The notes below the pieces were generated by a model, which searched no databases, was not told where the DNA came from, and saw only the letters and a list, made by a program, of their open reading frames with translations. From NCBI GenBank assembly GCA_032654565.1, contig JAULAX010000018.1, positions 224,001 to 288,000 on the forward strand: DNA of 64,000 nucleotides, read 5' to 3'. Shown piece after piece: positions 25,918 to 41,324 of this stretch. Position numbers and translations under genes: made by a program. The stretch is from Anaeromyxobacteraceae bacterium. Its GTDB lineage: Bacteria > Myxococcota > Myxococcia > Myxococcales > Anaeromyxobacteraceae. Position 1 is the stretch's first letter. The number at the start of each line of letters is the position of its first letter.

Positions 25918-27632
25918 GTCAGCGCATCACGATCGATCCCATCACCCGGATCGAAGGGCACCTCCGCATCGACGTCGAGGTGGACGGCGGCTTCGTCAAG
26001 AACGCCTGGTCCAGCGGCACCATGTGGCGGGGCATCGAGACCATCCTGCAGGGGCGTGACGCCCGCGACGCCTGGGCCTTCACCCAGCGCATCTGCGGCG
26101 TCTGCACCACCGTGCACGCCATCACCTCGGTGCGCAGCGTGGAGAACGCCATCGGGCTGGAGGTGCCGCTCAACGCCCAGCTCATCCGCAACATCATCAT
26201 CTCGGCGCACTCGCTGCACGACCACGTGGTGCACTTCTACCACCTGTCGGCGCTCGACTGGGTCGACGTGGTGGCGGCGCTCAAGGCCGATCCCGCCAAG
26301 GCCTCGGCGCTGGCGGAGTCGATCTCCAACTGGCCCGGCAACTCGGTGAAGGAGCTCACCGCGGTCAAGGCCAAGCTGGCCGGCTTCGTGGCCGCGGGGC
26401 AGCTCGGCCCCTTCCAGAACGGCTACTGGGGCCACCCGGCCATGAAGCTGCCGCCGGAGGTCAACCTGCTGGCGGTCGCCCACTACCTGCAGGCCCTGGA
26501 GATCCAGCGCAAGGCCAACCAGATCGTGGCCATCCTGGGCTCCAAGACCCCCCACATCCAGAACCTGGCGGTGGGCGGCGTGGCCAACGCCATCAACCTC
26601 GACAGCCCCTCCGCGCTCAACATGGAGAAGCTGTACCGGATCAAGGCGCTGCTCGACGAGGTCACCAGCTTCGTCACCCAGTGCTACCTGGTCGACGTGG
26701 CCGCGGTGGCCGGCTTCTACCCGGAGTGGTTCAAGTACGGCGCCGGCGTCACCAACTACCTGGCCGTGCCGGACATGCCCACCGACGCCAAGATGACCAA
26801 GTTCGACCTGCCGGGCGGCGTCATCATGGCCGGCCAGCCGGGCGTCCGGAAGATCGCCAACTGGAACGACGACTTCCTCAAGACCAACGTCACCGAGTCG
26901 ATCGCCCACTCGCACTACGACGGCGACTGGCAGCGCGGCCCGTGGGACGAGGAGACCGTCCCCAAGTTCTCCGGCGAGTGGAAGGCCGAGTCCCCGGCCC
27001 CCAAGAAGTACAGCTGGGTCAAGGCGCCGCGGCTCGACGGCAAGCCCATGCAGGTGGGCCCGCTGGCCCAGGTGCTGGTCGGCTTCCTCACCAACGATCC
27101 GCTCACCCTCAAGTGGGTGGGGGCGGCCATCGCCACCGTCAAGTCGATCCACAAGATCGACGTCACCCCGGCCATGCTCCACTCCACCCTGGGCCGCCAC
27201 GCCGCCCGGGCCATCCGCACCGCCATGATGGCCGAGCTGACCCAGAAGCACTGGGGCCTGCTCATGGAGAACATCGGCAAGGGCGACACCACCACCTTCG
27301 CCGATCCCAACCCCAAGCTGGCCAACGGCAGCTACCGGGGCGTGGGCTTCCACGAGGCGCCGCGCGGGACCCTCTCCCACTGGTGCGTCCTGGAGAACGG
27401 CAAGATCAAGAACTACCAGTGCGTGGTCCCCTCCACCTGGAACGCCGGGCCGCGCGACGGCAAGGAGCAGCCCGGCCCCTACGAGGCCTCGCTGGTGGGC
27501 AACCCCATCGCCGACCCCAAGCTGCCGCTCGAGGCGCTGCGCACCATCCACTCCTTCGATCCCTGCCTGGCCTGCGCCATCCACACCCACGACGCCGACG
27601 GCACCGACCACGGCTCGGTGAAGGTGCTCTAG
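25914..27632 (+). CDS. hybC: [NiFe] hydrogenase large subunit
   Basis: IDPITRIEGH, L1 RICGVCTTVH, L2 SFDPCLACAIH plus a cleavable C-terminal extension. Confidence 0.95.
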   Translation: MSQRITIDPITRIEGHLRIDVEVDGGFVKNAWSSGTMWRGIETILQGRDARDAWAFTQRICGVCTTVHAITSVRSVENAIGLEVPLNAQLIRNIIISAHSLHDHVVHFYHLSALDWVDVVAALKADPAKASALAESISNWPGNSVKELTAVKAKLAGFVAAGQLGPFQNGYWGHPAMKLPPEVNLLAVAHYLQALEIQRKANQIVAILGSKTPHIQNLAVGGVANAINLDSPSALNMEKLYRIKALLDEVTSFVTQCYLVDVAAVAGFYPEWFKYGAGVTNYLAVPDMPTDAKMTKFDLPGGVIMAGQPGVRKIANWNDDFLKTNVTESIAHSHYDGDWQRGPWDEETVPKFSGEWKAESPAPKKYSWVKAPRLDGKPMQVGPLAQVLVGFLTNDPLTLKWVGAAIATVKSIHKIDVTPAMLHSTLGRHAARAIRTAMMAELTQKHWGLLMENIGKGDTTTFADPNPKLANGSYRGVGFHEAPRGTLSHWCVLENGKIKNYQCVVPSTWNAGPRDGKEQPGPYEASLVGNPIADPKLPLEALRTIHSFDPCLACAIHTHDADGTDHGSVKVL

Positions 27633-28877
27633 TCATCCGGGGTGGCGTGGCGGCCCGACCGGTCGCCGCGCCACCACCGGCAGCGCCACCGCCAGCCCCA
27701 GCACCGCCGCCATCACCGGCAGCGCCCCCAGGTAGGAGCCGGTCAGGTCCTTCACCGCGGCCACGAAGCCCGGCCCGGCCACGCCGGCCACGCCCCACGC
27801 CGAGAGCAGCCACCCGTAGTTGACGCCGAGGTGGCGGGTGCCGAACCAGTCGGCGCAGAGCGAGGGCATGGTGCCGAAGCCGCCGCCGTAGCAGAGCAGC
27901 ACCAGGGCGAAGAGCGCGGTCACCGCCGGCACGGCGTGGACGCCGCCCACCACCGCGAAGACCAGCGCCTGGACGCCGTAGATGAGCCCGAAGGCCAGCC
28001 GGCGCCCCAGCCGGTCGGACACGGCGCCCCAGAAGAACCGCCCCAGCCCGTTGGCCACGGCGATGGCCCCGTAGACCGCCACCGCCCGGTCCTCGGAGAG
28101 GCCGGTCAGCTCCACCAGCAGCGGCACGGCGCTGGAGATGAAGAGGATGCCGGCGGCCACGTTGAGGAAGAGCATGGCCCAGAGGGCCCAGAACTGCGGG
28201 GTGCGGAGGGCCAGGGAGGGGGGCCAGCCGTCGTGACCCGGGGCGGGGCGGGGGGAGGCGGCGGCCGGACCGGGCGTGGCGCCGCCAGCCAGGGCGGCAG
28301 CGGCTCCACCCGGGGGATCGCGCAGCAGCGCCGCGGCGGCCAGCCCCACCGCGCCGAAGACCAGCCCCGAGCCGGTGAGGCGGGCGCCGATGGCGTCGGC
28401 CCCCACCACCGGGCCGAGGGCCCGCATGGCCAGGTTGTAGAGGAAGGCCCCCAGCCCGAAGCCCATCACCACCAGCCCGGTGCCGAGGCCGCGGCGCTCC
28501 TGCCCGAACCACTTGGCCACCGCCGCCACCGGGGTCACGTAGCCGAGCCCCAGCCCGAGCCCGCCCACCACGCCGTAGGTGGCGTAGAGCCAGGGCGCCC
28601 CCAGCCGGGCCACGCCGAGGCCGGCGGCGACGTTGCCGACGGCCCAGAGGGCGGCGCCGGCCAGCGCCACCCGGCGCGGGCCGAGCCGGTCCTGCAGCCG
28701 CCCCCCGAGGATGGCGCCGACGCCGAGGAAGAAGATGGCGGTGGAGAAGGCGCCGGTGGTGGTCCGGGCCGACCAGCCGAAGGCCTGCCCCAGCGGCCGG
28801 GCGTAGAGGCTCCAGCTGTAGACGGCGCCGAGGACCGCCATCAGGGCGGTGCCGGCGGCCGCGACCATCCAGCGCAT
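27633..28877 (-). CDS. MFS transporter, oxalate/formate antiporter (OFA) family
   Basis: GAVYSWS, GRLQDRLGPR, KWF...RGLGTG, NGLGRFFWGAVSDRLGRR, YGGGFGTMP. Confidence 0.85.
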   Translation of the reverse strand: MRWMVAAAGTALMAVLGAVYSWSLYARPLGQAFGWSARTTTGAFSTAIFFLGVGAILGGRLQDRLGPRRVALAGAALWAVGNVAAGLGVARLGAPWLYATYGVVGGLGLGLGYVTPVAAVAKWFGQERRGLGTGLVVMGFGLGAFLYNLAMRALGPVVGADAIGARLTGSGLVFGAVGLAAAALLRDPPGGAAAALAGGATPGPAAASPRPAPGHDGWPPSLALRTPQFWALWAMLFLNVAAGILFISSAVPLLVELTGLSEDRAVAVYGAIAVANGLGRFFWGAVSDRLGRRLAFGLIYGVQALVFAVVGGVHAVPAVTALFALVLLCYGGGFGTMPSLCADWFGTRHLGVNYGWLLSAWGVAGVAGPGFVAAVKDLTGSYLGALPVMAAVLGLAVALPVVARRPVGPPRHPG

Positions 28878-28964
28878 GCCTCTGTCGTGGCATGGCCGCG
28901 CCCCCCCGTCGAGGGAGAAGGACGCCCGTGCACGCCGCGGTGAGCCGGCCTACACTGTCCGGCC

Positions 28965-31073
28965 TTGCCGACGTCCAGGCCCACCGCCGCCGCCGAGCCG
29001 AAGGCCCTCACCGGGGCCGAGCGGCAGCTCATCGCCGAGGAGGAGGCGCTGCTGGGCCGGGTCCAGCTGGCGCTGGCGGCCCGGCGCACCGGCCGCGATG
29101 ACGGCGCCGAGCTGGAGGGGCGGCTGCGCGAGCTGCGCGAGGAGGCGCTGGAGCTGACCGCCAAGGACCTGCCCACCGTCTTCCAGGAGATGGGGCTGGT
29201 GCGGGCGGTGATGGAGCGGAGCCGCGGCGGCGACGTGCCCGATCCGGCCGCCCCGTACTTCGCCCACCTGCGGCTGCGGGAGGGGGCCGAGGTGCGCGAC
29301 TACTGCCTGGGGCGCGCCACCTTCTTCGAGCGGCAGGCCGGGGTGCGGGTGGTCGACTGGCGGGCGGCGCCGGTGGCCGGGCTCTTCTACCGCTACCGCG
29401 ACGGCGAGGAGTACGAGGAGCCGTTCCCGGGGCGGGTGGCGCGAGGCGTGGTGGAGGCGCGGCGGGTGGTGGTCATCGACCGCGGCCGGCTGGTGCGGAT
29501 CACCGCCGGGACCACGGCGCTGGTGCGCGGCCCCGAGGGCTGGAGGCGGGCCTCGGTCTCCGGGGCCCGGCTGGGCGGCGGCGCCGGGACCGCGGCCCGC
29601 GCCGGGGCCCTGGGCGTGGGGGTGGGGGCCCGGGATCGGCCGGCCGACGCCGAGGTGACGGCGCTCCTCGATCCCGAGCAGTGGGAGGCGGTGAGCGCCC
29701 CCGCCTCCGAGCCGCTGCTGGTATTGGGCAGCGCCGGCAGCGGCAAGACCACGGTGGCGCTGCACCGGCTGGCGCGCATCGCCGCCGCCGACCCGCGCCG
29801 CTACCCGGCCTCGCGCATCCAGGTGGTGGTGCCCGAGCCCGGGCTGGCGCGCCTGGCCACCCGGCTGCTGGCGCCGCTCGGCCTCGACAAGGTGGCGGTC
29901 CGCACCCTGGACGACTGGGCCCGGGCCGCCTTCCACTCGGCCTTCGGCGTGCCGCCGCCCCGGCTCTGCGCCGAGCCCCCGGCGCTGGTCTCGCGCCTGA
30001 AGCGCCACCCCGCCCTCCACGGCGCCCTCTCGGCGCTGCCGCGCCCGGCCGGCGCGGTGACGCTGAGGACGCTGCGGCGGGACCTCGGCGACCTGCTGGT
30101 GGACCCGGCCTTCGTGGGCGGGGTGGTGGCCGCCGCCGCCGGCGACCTGCCCACCACCGCCATCGAGGAGGTGGTGCGCCACACCCGGCTGCAGCTGGCC
30201 GAGCCGGCCTCGCTGGCGCTGGCCGGGATCGACCCGGAGCGGCTGGCCACCATCGACGGGCTGGCGGTGGACGAGGACACGCCGGAGTCGCTGGCCGGCT
30301 CGCTCGACGCCGAGGACCTGCCGCTGCTGATCTTCATGGCCGCCCGGCGCGGCGGGCCCGGGGCCCGGCGGCTCGCCCACCTGGTGGTGGACGAGGCCGA
30401 GGACGTCTCGCTGGTGGAGCTGGCGGTGCTGGGCAGCCACCTCGACGGCGAGCGGAGCGTCACCATCGCCGGCGACGAGGCCCAGCAGACCTTCACCTCC
30501 TACGCCGGCTGGCCGCAGGCGCTGGAGGCGGTGGGGGCCCCCGACGCCGCCACCGTCCGGCTGGCCACCACCTACCGCTGCCCGGCGCCGGTCGCCGCGC
30601 TGGCCCACCACGTCCTCGGCCCGCTGGCGCCCCCCGAGCCGCCGCGCGCCGGCAAGCAGGGCGCGCCGGTGGTCCGCTTCGACTTCCCTGGCGAGGCCCA
30701 CGCCCAGCTCTTCCTGGCCGGCGCCATCCGCGAGCTGCTGGAGCGGGAGCCGGCGGCCTCGGTGGCGGTGGTGGCGTCGTCGCCGGAGACGGCGCGCGGG
30801 TTCCACAGGCTGCTCTCCGACCTGCCCGAGGCCAGGCTGGCCCTCGATGGTGGCTTCTCCTTCCGTCCTGGTGTGGACGTGACCGACGTGGCCAGCGTCA
30901 AGGGGCTGGAGTTCGACTACGTGGTCATCCCCGACGCCTCGGCGCGGGCCTACCCGGACGAGCCGGAGGCCCGTCGCCGGCTCCACGTGGCCGTCACCCG
31001 CACCGCCCACCAGCTCTGGATCGCCGCCACCGGGACCCCCTCGCCGCTGCTCAGCTCGCTGCGGCCGGCCTGA
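28965..31073 (+). CDS. HelD-like SF1 helicase/ATPase (start uncertain)
   Basis: [59 protein letters not shown]. Confidence 0.75.
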   Translation: MPTSRPTAAAEPKALTGAERQLIAEEEALLGRVQLALAARRTGRDDGAELEGRLRELREEALELTAKDLPTVFQEMGLVRAVMERSRGGDVPDPAAPYFAHLRLREGAEVRDYCLGRATFFERQAGVRVVDWRAAPVAGLFYRYRDGEEYEEPFPGRVARGVVEARRVVVIDRGRLVRITAGTTALVRGPEGWRRASVSGARLGGGAGTAARAGALGVGVGARDRPADAEVTALLDPEQWEAVSAPASEPLLVLGSAGSGKTTVALHRLARIAAADPRRYPASRIQVVVPEPGLARLATRLLAPLGLDKVAVRTLDDWARAAFHSAFGVPPPRLCAEPPALVSRLKRHPALHGALSALPRPAGAVTLRTLRRDLGDLLVDPAFVGGVVAAAAGDLPTTAIEEVVRHTRLQLAEPASLALAGIDPERLATIDGLAVDEDTPESLAGSLDAEDLPLLIFMAARRGGPGARRLAHLVVDEAEDVSLVELAVLGSHLDGERSVTIAGDEAQQTFTSYAGWPQALEAVGAPDAATVRLATTYRCPAPVAALAHHVLGPLAPPEPPRAGKQGAPVVRFDFPGEAHAQLFLAGAIRELLEREPAASVAVVASSPETARGFHRLLSDLPEARLALDGGFSFRPGVDVTDVASVKGLEFDYVVIPDASARAYPDEPEARRRLHVAVTRTAHQLWIAATGTPSPLLSSLRPA

Positions 31074-31234
31074 TCCGGCGCGACCTCCCGTCCGTGACGG
31101 GGCGTGACAATCGGTGGCATCGAGGGCACATCCTCGGTATGTACCCGCGAGGGCTCTCGATCCCGCGGCCAAACGGCACAAGACTCGGGTCCCAGACCAA
31201 CCATCCAGATCACCTTCACCAGGAGAGACGGCAC

Positions 31235-31732
31235 ATGGCCAACATCACGCTCGGCGGCAACCCCATCCACACCAGCGGCAACTTGCCGGCGGTGGGCGCC
31301 AAGGCGCCCGACTTCAAGCTGACCGCCGGGGACCTGAAGGACCTCTCCCTGGCCGACTTCAAGGGCAAGAAGAAGGTGCTCAACATCGTGCCGTCGCTCG
31401 ACACCCCGGTCTGCGCCACCTCGACCCGCAAGTTCAACGCCGACGCCGGCAAGCTGCCCAACGTGGTGGTGCTGGTGATCTCGGCCGACCTGCCCTTCGC
31501 CGCCAAGCGCTTCTGCACCACCGAGGGGCTGGCCAACGTCACCCCGCTCTCCACCTTCCGCTCCAGCTTCGCCAAGGACTACGGCATCGCCCTGGTGGAC
31601 GGCGCGCTGGCCGGCGTCACCGGCCGGGCGGTGATGGTCCTCGACGAGAACGACAAGGTCGTCTACGAGGAGCTGGTCCCGGAGATCAAGCAGGAGCCCA
31701 ACTACGAGAAGGCGCTGGCGGCGCTCACGTAG
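31235..31732 (+). CDS. tpx: Thiol peroxidase (Tpx-type peroxiredoxin)
   Basis: [30 protein letters not shown]. Confidence 0.95.
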   Translation: MANITLGGNPIHTSGNLPAVGAKAPDFKLTAGDLKDLSLADFKGKKKVLNIVPSLDTPVCATSTRKFNADAGKLPNVVVLVISADLPFAAKRFCTTEGLANVTPLSTFRSSFAKDYGIALVDGALAGVTGRAVMVLDENDKVVYEELVPEIKQEPNYEKALAALT

Positions 31733-31825
31733 GCGAGGCCCGCTCCCGCCGCACCCCGCGCCGCCGCTCCACCTCGCGTGGTGGGCGGCGCGGTCGTGTC
31801 ATGGGGGGTGATGGGGGGCGAGGCC

Positions 31826-33070
31826 TCAGCCCTCCCAGAGCTGCCGGAGGGGCACGGCCTGGAGCCGCTCGCCAAACGGCAGCGTCGCCTCGCCGTCGTA
31901 GAGGACGACGCCGGCCTTGAAGCGTTCACCGGTGGCCACCTGGAGCTTGCGCAGGCCGCGGAAGTCGGCGGCGGTGACCGTGGCTCCGGCCTTCACCTCG
32001 ATGCCGGCCACCTCGCGGGCGCCGCGCTCCAGCACCAGGTCAACCTCGGCGCCGTCACGATCCCGGTAGTGGTGGAAGTCGATCCGCTGGGGCAGGCCGC
32101 TGGCGAGGCGTCGGAGCTCCTGCACAACGAAGGTCTCGAGGAGCTGGCCCAGCAGGCCACGATCAGCCGTGAGGGCGGCGGCGTCGAGGCCGAGGAGGGC
32201 GCAGGCGAGGCCGCTGTCGCCGAGGTGGACCTTGGGCGTCTTGACGAGGCGGCTCAGCCGGTTGCCGTGCCACGGCGGGAGCTCGTCCACCAGGAAGACC
32301 CGCTCGAGCAGCGTGACGTAGTCGCGGACCGTCGGGCGGCTCAGCCCGAGCGGCACGGAGAGATCGGAGACGTTGAGCAGCCGGGCGGTCTGGGCGCCGA
32401 TCAGGGCGAGGAGGCGTGGGACGGCGTCGAGGGAGGCGATGCGGGCCAGCTCCCGGACATCGCGCTGGGCCATCGTCTCGATGTAGTCGCGGTACCAGGC
32501 GGCGCGCCGGTGCGCGGCCGGTCGGGCCAGCGCGGCCGGGTAGCCGCCAGCGGCGATGAGCGCCGGGAGCTCGCGGCCGAGCCGCTTCCCGGTTCGGGTG
32601 CGGTGCGAACCCGAGAAGAGCCGCGCGACGAACTCCGACCCGCCGCCGCCGAGTTCCGCCTGCGCGAAGGGGTGGAGCCTCACGATCTCCATCCGGCCCG
32701 CCAGCGAGTCGGAGAGGCGCGGGAGGAGCAGGACGTTGGAGGAGCCGGTGAGGAGGAAGCGTCCGGGCCGGCGGTCGCGATCGACGGCGCGCTTCAGCGT
32801 GGAGAAGAGCTGCGGGGCGCGCTGGACCTCGTCGAGGATGACCTCGGCGGGCAGGTCATCGACGAAGCCGGTGGGGTCCGCCTCTGCGGCGGCCAGGGTT
32901 GCCGAGTCGTCGAACGTGAAGTAGGCGCGGCCGGTCCGGGCGCCGATCATCCTGGCCAACGTGGTCTTGCCGCACTGCCGCGGGCCGTGGATGAGTACCA
33001 CCGGCGTGTCGGCGAGCGCCTCCGTGACCCTGGGTTCGGCGAGGCGTGGGTGACTGGGCGGCCCGATCAT
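31826..33070 (-). CDS. AAA_14 ATPase with wHTH and C-terminal DUF4143/PD-(D/E)xK-like domain
   Basis: GPRQCGKTT, ILDEVQR, FLLTGS, SLAGR, GGYP, KTPKVHLGDSG, EVDLVLE...IEVK. Confidence 0.85.
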   Translation of the reverse strand: MIGPPSHPRLAEPRVTEALADTPVVLIHGPRQCGKTTLARMIGARTGRAYFTFDDSATLAAAEADPTGFVDDLPAEVILDEVQRAPQLFSTLKRAVDRDRRPGRFLLTGSSNVLLLPRLSDSLAGRMEIVRLHPFAQAELGGGGSEFVARLFSGSHRTRTGKRLGRELPALIAAGGYPAALARPAAHRRAAWYRDYIETMAQRDVRELARIASLDAVPRLLALIGAQTARLLNVSDLSVPLGLSRPTVRDYVTLLERVFLVDELPPWHGNRLSRLVKTPKVHLGDSGLACALLGLDAAALTADRGLLGQLLETFVVQELRRLASGLPQRIDFHHYRDRDGAEVDLVLERGAREVAGIEVKAGATVTAADFRGLRKLQVATGERFKAGVVLYDGEATLPFGERLQAVPLRQLWEG

Positions 33071-33092
33071 GCGCCGGATGGTAGGGTCGCGC

Positions 33093-33177
33093 TCCGGCTG
33101 ATTGCAAGGTCATGGTCCGGCTACTTGCAAGGTCATGGTCCGGCTACTTGCAAGGTCATGGTCCGGCTGATCGAAGG
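33093..33177. repeat. Three tandem 23-bp repeats (TTGCAAGGTCATGGTCCGGCTAC) plus partial flanks
   Basis: Copies at 33102-33124, 33125-33147, 33148-33170 (last ends ...GGCTGA); partial TCCGGCTGA at 33093-33101. Confidence 0.95.
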
Positions 33178-33300
33178 CCGCTCCGTCAGGAGCTGCCATG
33201 GAGGGCCCCGGCCGGACCTCCATGCTGCCCTTCGCCGCGTCCGTCGTTCGGAGCAGAACTCGGGAACGTCCTCGCCGGCCGGCGCTTCGACGCCGCGCCC

Positions 33301-35271
<1,971 letters not shown>

Positions 35272-35335
35272 CGGCAGCGGTCAGTATCGCGTCCCGGCGC
35301 CGCCGGCAAGGCGGGCGCCGGGGACGGGCCGGCGG

Positions 35336-35929
35336 CTACAGGTAGAAGCGGAAGAAGAGCAGCCCGAGGGTGTTGTAGGAGACGATGGAGGGCTGGTCGA
35401 TCACCCCGCCGCGCTTCAGCTCGCCGAACCCGGTGCGGCCCAGCTGGGCCTCGGCGCCGAGCGAGAAGCGCGGCGACGCCAGCCACTCACCGCCGGCGGC
35501 GAGGGCGAAGCGGAAGTCGGTGGCCGAGGCACTGACCCCGGCGGTGTTCTTGTCGCTGACGAAGTTGAGGCCGAGCCGGGCGCCGCCGTAGAAGTTGATG
35601 TCCTTGGCCGGCCGGGTCACGTAGAAGCCGCCGACGCCGAGGAAGAGGGCGCTCCCGGTGCCGCCCAGGTCCTGGTCGTAGCTGAAGTAACCGAGCGAGG
35701 GCTCGACGCGGAACTGGCCGAAGTTGATGGGGACGTAGATCTGGTTGGTGGGGAGCCGGTTGCCCATCATCACGCTGGTGATGTCGAAGGCGCCCACCGA
35801 GACCCCGAGGCCCACCTGGACCTTGTCGGCGGCCTTCTCCTCGGCGGGAGCGGCGGGGGCGGCGAGAGCGGGAGCGGCGAAGGCGAGGGCGGCGAGCAGG
35901 GCGGTGGCGCGGGCGAGCGTGCGGACCAT
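35336..35929 (-). CDS. Outer-membrane beta-barrel protein (small, OmpA/W-like)
   Basis: Signal peptide, alternating aromatic strands, C-terminal LFFRFYL. Confidence 0.7.
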   Translation of the reverse strand: MVRTLARATALLAALAFAAPALAAPAAPAEEKAADKVQVGLGVSVGAFDITSVMMGNRLPTNQIYVPINFGQFRVEPSLGYFSYDQDLGGTGSALFLGVGGFYVTRPAKDINFYGGARLGLNFVSDKNTAGVSASATDFRFALAAGGEWLASPRFSLGAEAQLGRTGFGELKRGGVIDQPSIVSYNTLGLLFFRFYL

Positions 35930-36068
35930 GAGGACTCCGGTGTGAGGGTGGACGGCGGGCCTCTGGTCCGCCAAGGCGATATTCTACCCCCGCCGCGAGG
36001 CCCGTCCACATCTCGCTGCCAGGCGCGCCGGTGCGGCAGGACGCCGCGCGCGGGACGGGAAGGCCTCC

Positions 36069-37700
<1,632 letters not shown>

Positions 37701-38295
37701 GCGTGGCCTCGCGGGATCGGTGCGGCGGGGAAGATAGTCCAAAAGCGGCGGGGGCGCTCCCACGGCGGCGGCGCGGTATCCTGCGCCATGCCCACTCCGA
37801 AGCAGGCCAGCACGCCCCGCCGCCGCGCCACCGGGCCCCAGCCGCCCGCCCGCCCGCCCGACGGGGCGCCGCCCCCCGCCCCGACCCCCGCCTTCCTGCG
37901 CCGCTTCTTCCGCCGCGACCGGTTCGCCGCCGGCGCCGGCATCCGGCTGGTCGACTGCGGCCCGGGGCGGGCGGTGGCCCGCCTGACGCTCGACGCCGGC
38001 CACATGAACGGCGTGGACGTGGCCCAGGGAGGCGCCATCTTCACGCTGGCCGACTTCGCCTTCGCCGTGGCCTGCAACACCCGCGGGCCGGTGGCGCTGG
38101 CCATCGACGTCTCCATCTCCTTCCTGGCGGCCACCTCGCGCGGGACCCTGACCGCCACCGCGGTGGAGGTCTCGCGCTCGGCGCGCCTCTCCCGGGTCGA
38201 GGTGGCGGTGAAGGACGCCAAGGGGGGCACGGTGGCCCTCTTCCACGGCACCGCCTACGTCACCCGGGACTCCATCCACCAGGTGGCGGCGCGGG

Positions 38296-39644
<1,349 letters not shown>

Positions 39645-39648
<4 letters not shown>

Positions 39649-40979
39649 GCGCACCCCCGGGCCGCGCCGGCGTCGGTGGGCTCGGGCCCCGGCAGCCGCA
39701 GCGAGGCCTCGGTGCCGCCGCCCTGGCGCGAGGCCAGCGACAGGTCGCCGCCGTGCTGGCGCGCCAGCGCCCGGGCGATGGTGAGGCCGAGCCCGCTCCC
39801 CTGGGCCTTGGTGGTGACGCCGGGATCGAAGATCTGCCGCCCCAGCGCGGCGTCGAGCCCGCGGCCGCGGTCGGCCACCACCACCAGCGCCCCGCCGCCG
39901 GGGACCGCCTGGGCGCGCAGCAGCACCACCGACTCCGGGGCCGAGGCGTCGAGGGCGTTCTGCACCAGGTTGATGAGCACCTGCTTCACCTTGCGGGGGT
40001 CGCACCTCGCCGGGGCCGGGTCGGCGGCCTCCACCTCGATCTCCACGCCGCGCTCGTGGGCCAGCCCCTCGTGGAGCGCCGCCACCTCGCGGCAGAGCTC
40101 GCCGGCGTCGTGGTCGCCGAGCGCCAGCGGCACCAGCGGGCGCGAGAAGTTGAGGAACTCGTCGAGGATGGCCTGCATGCGATCCACCTCGTGGCGCAGC
40201 ACCGCCAGCCGCTCCGCCCCCTTGCCGCCGGCCGCCGCCAGCGCCGGCGCCAGCAGCCCGGCCAGCCCCTTCACCGAGGCCAGCGGGTTCTTCAGCTCGT
40301 GGGCGATCTCGGCGGAGAGGGCGGTCAGCTCCTCGGCCCGCTCGGCGTGGGACCGCAGCGACTCGGCCTGGGCCCGCACCGTGCGGCGCAGCATGGCGTC
40401 GAAGGCGCGGCGGACGAACCGCCCCAGCTGCCGGCTCAGCGCCAGCAGCACGGTGAAGGTGACGGCCGCGGTCCAGGTGCGGATGGTGGGGATGCGCCCC
40501 TCGCCGGAGAGGGCGGGGATGCGCAGCCAGAGATCGCCGCGGGTCAGCTCGAGGATGGTGAAGACGACCACCGTGAACATCTCCAGGCCCATCAGCCAGG
40601 TGGCCGCCGCCGGCGAGCCGAAGAGGCCGATGGCCACGGTCAGCACCACCATGACCGGCAGGAACGGGCTCTGCAGGCCGCCGCTGACGGCGCTGAAGGT
40701 GACGACGGCGAGGATGCCCACCACCAGGTTGCGGTCGATGGCGTGGCGGGAGAGGCCGCGCCGCTGCCAGCGCCGGAACTCGATGACGAAGATGGCGGCC
40801 AGCACCGGAACCGCCACGGCCAGGATGATGATGCGCCAGCCGGTGGGATCGACCCACCAGGTCCAGGCGAAGAGGACCACCAGCGCCGGGATCAGGGTGA
40901 GCCGGGCGCGGGTGAAGAGCCCGAAGAGCCGGGACATCTCCTGCCGCTGGATCTCCTCGAAGCCGTCCCGGGGGGTCAC
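39645..40979 (-). CDS. Membrane sensor histidine kinase
   Basis: Several TM helices, H-box IAHELKNPL, QVLINLVQNALDA, GSGLGL; stop overlaps the response regulator start (GTGA). Confidence 0.88.
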
Positions 40980-41260
40980 GCGTGGTTCCTCGTGCGGCGC
41001 CGGCCGCGCCGGCAGGATACGACGGGCCGTCCCACCGCGCACGCTGGTGTCTTCCCCGAACCAGGCCATGGCGGGGACAGGAGCAAGAGGGATGCCGTCG
41101 GCGACGAGGGGCTGATCCGGCCGCGGGGGCCCGAAGTCCCGCCTCGGCGCGGGCGAGCCGTTCGAAGATCCGTACGCCCCGTCGGAATCCCGACGGCCCG
41201 GCGCGGCTCCAACCCACCGGATCGACCGGCTCCGGGCCCGCCAGGCGACGATCGCCTCGT

Positions 41261-41275
41261 CGGCACGCCGCTTGC
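41261..41275 (+). promoter_or_regulatory. Sigma54 (-24/-12) promoter of the HlyD/ABC operon
   Basis: CGGCAC-GCCGC-TTGC (GG-N10-GC), 50 nt before ATG 41325, divergent from a bEBP gene pair. Confidence 0.75.
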
Positions 41276-41324
41276 CAGTGGGGGCGGGGGCGCGGTCCAA
41301 TGCGCAACCTTCCGGAGAGCCCAC

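Noticed and set aside
33093..33177. CRISPR array
   Set aside because: The repeats are head-to-tail with no spacers, and there are no cas genes in the window
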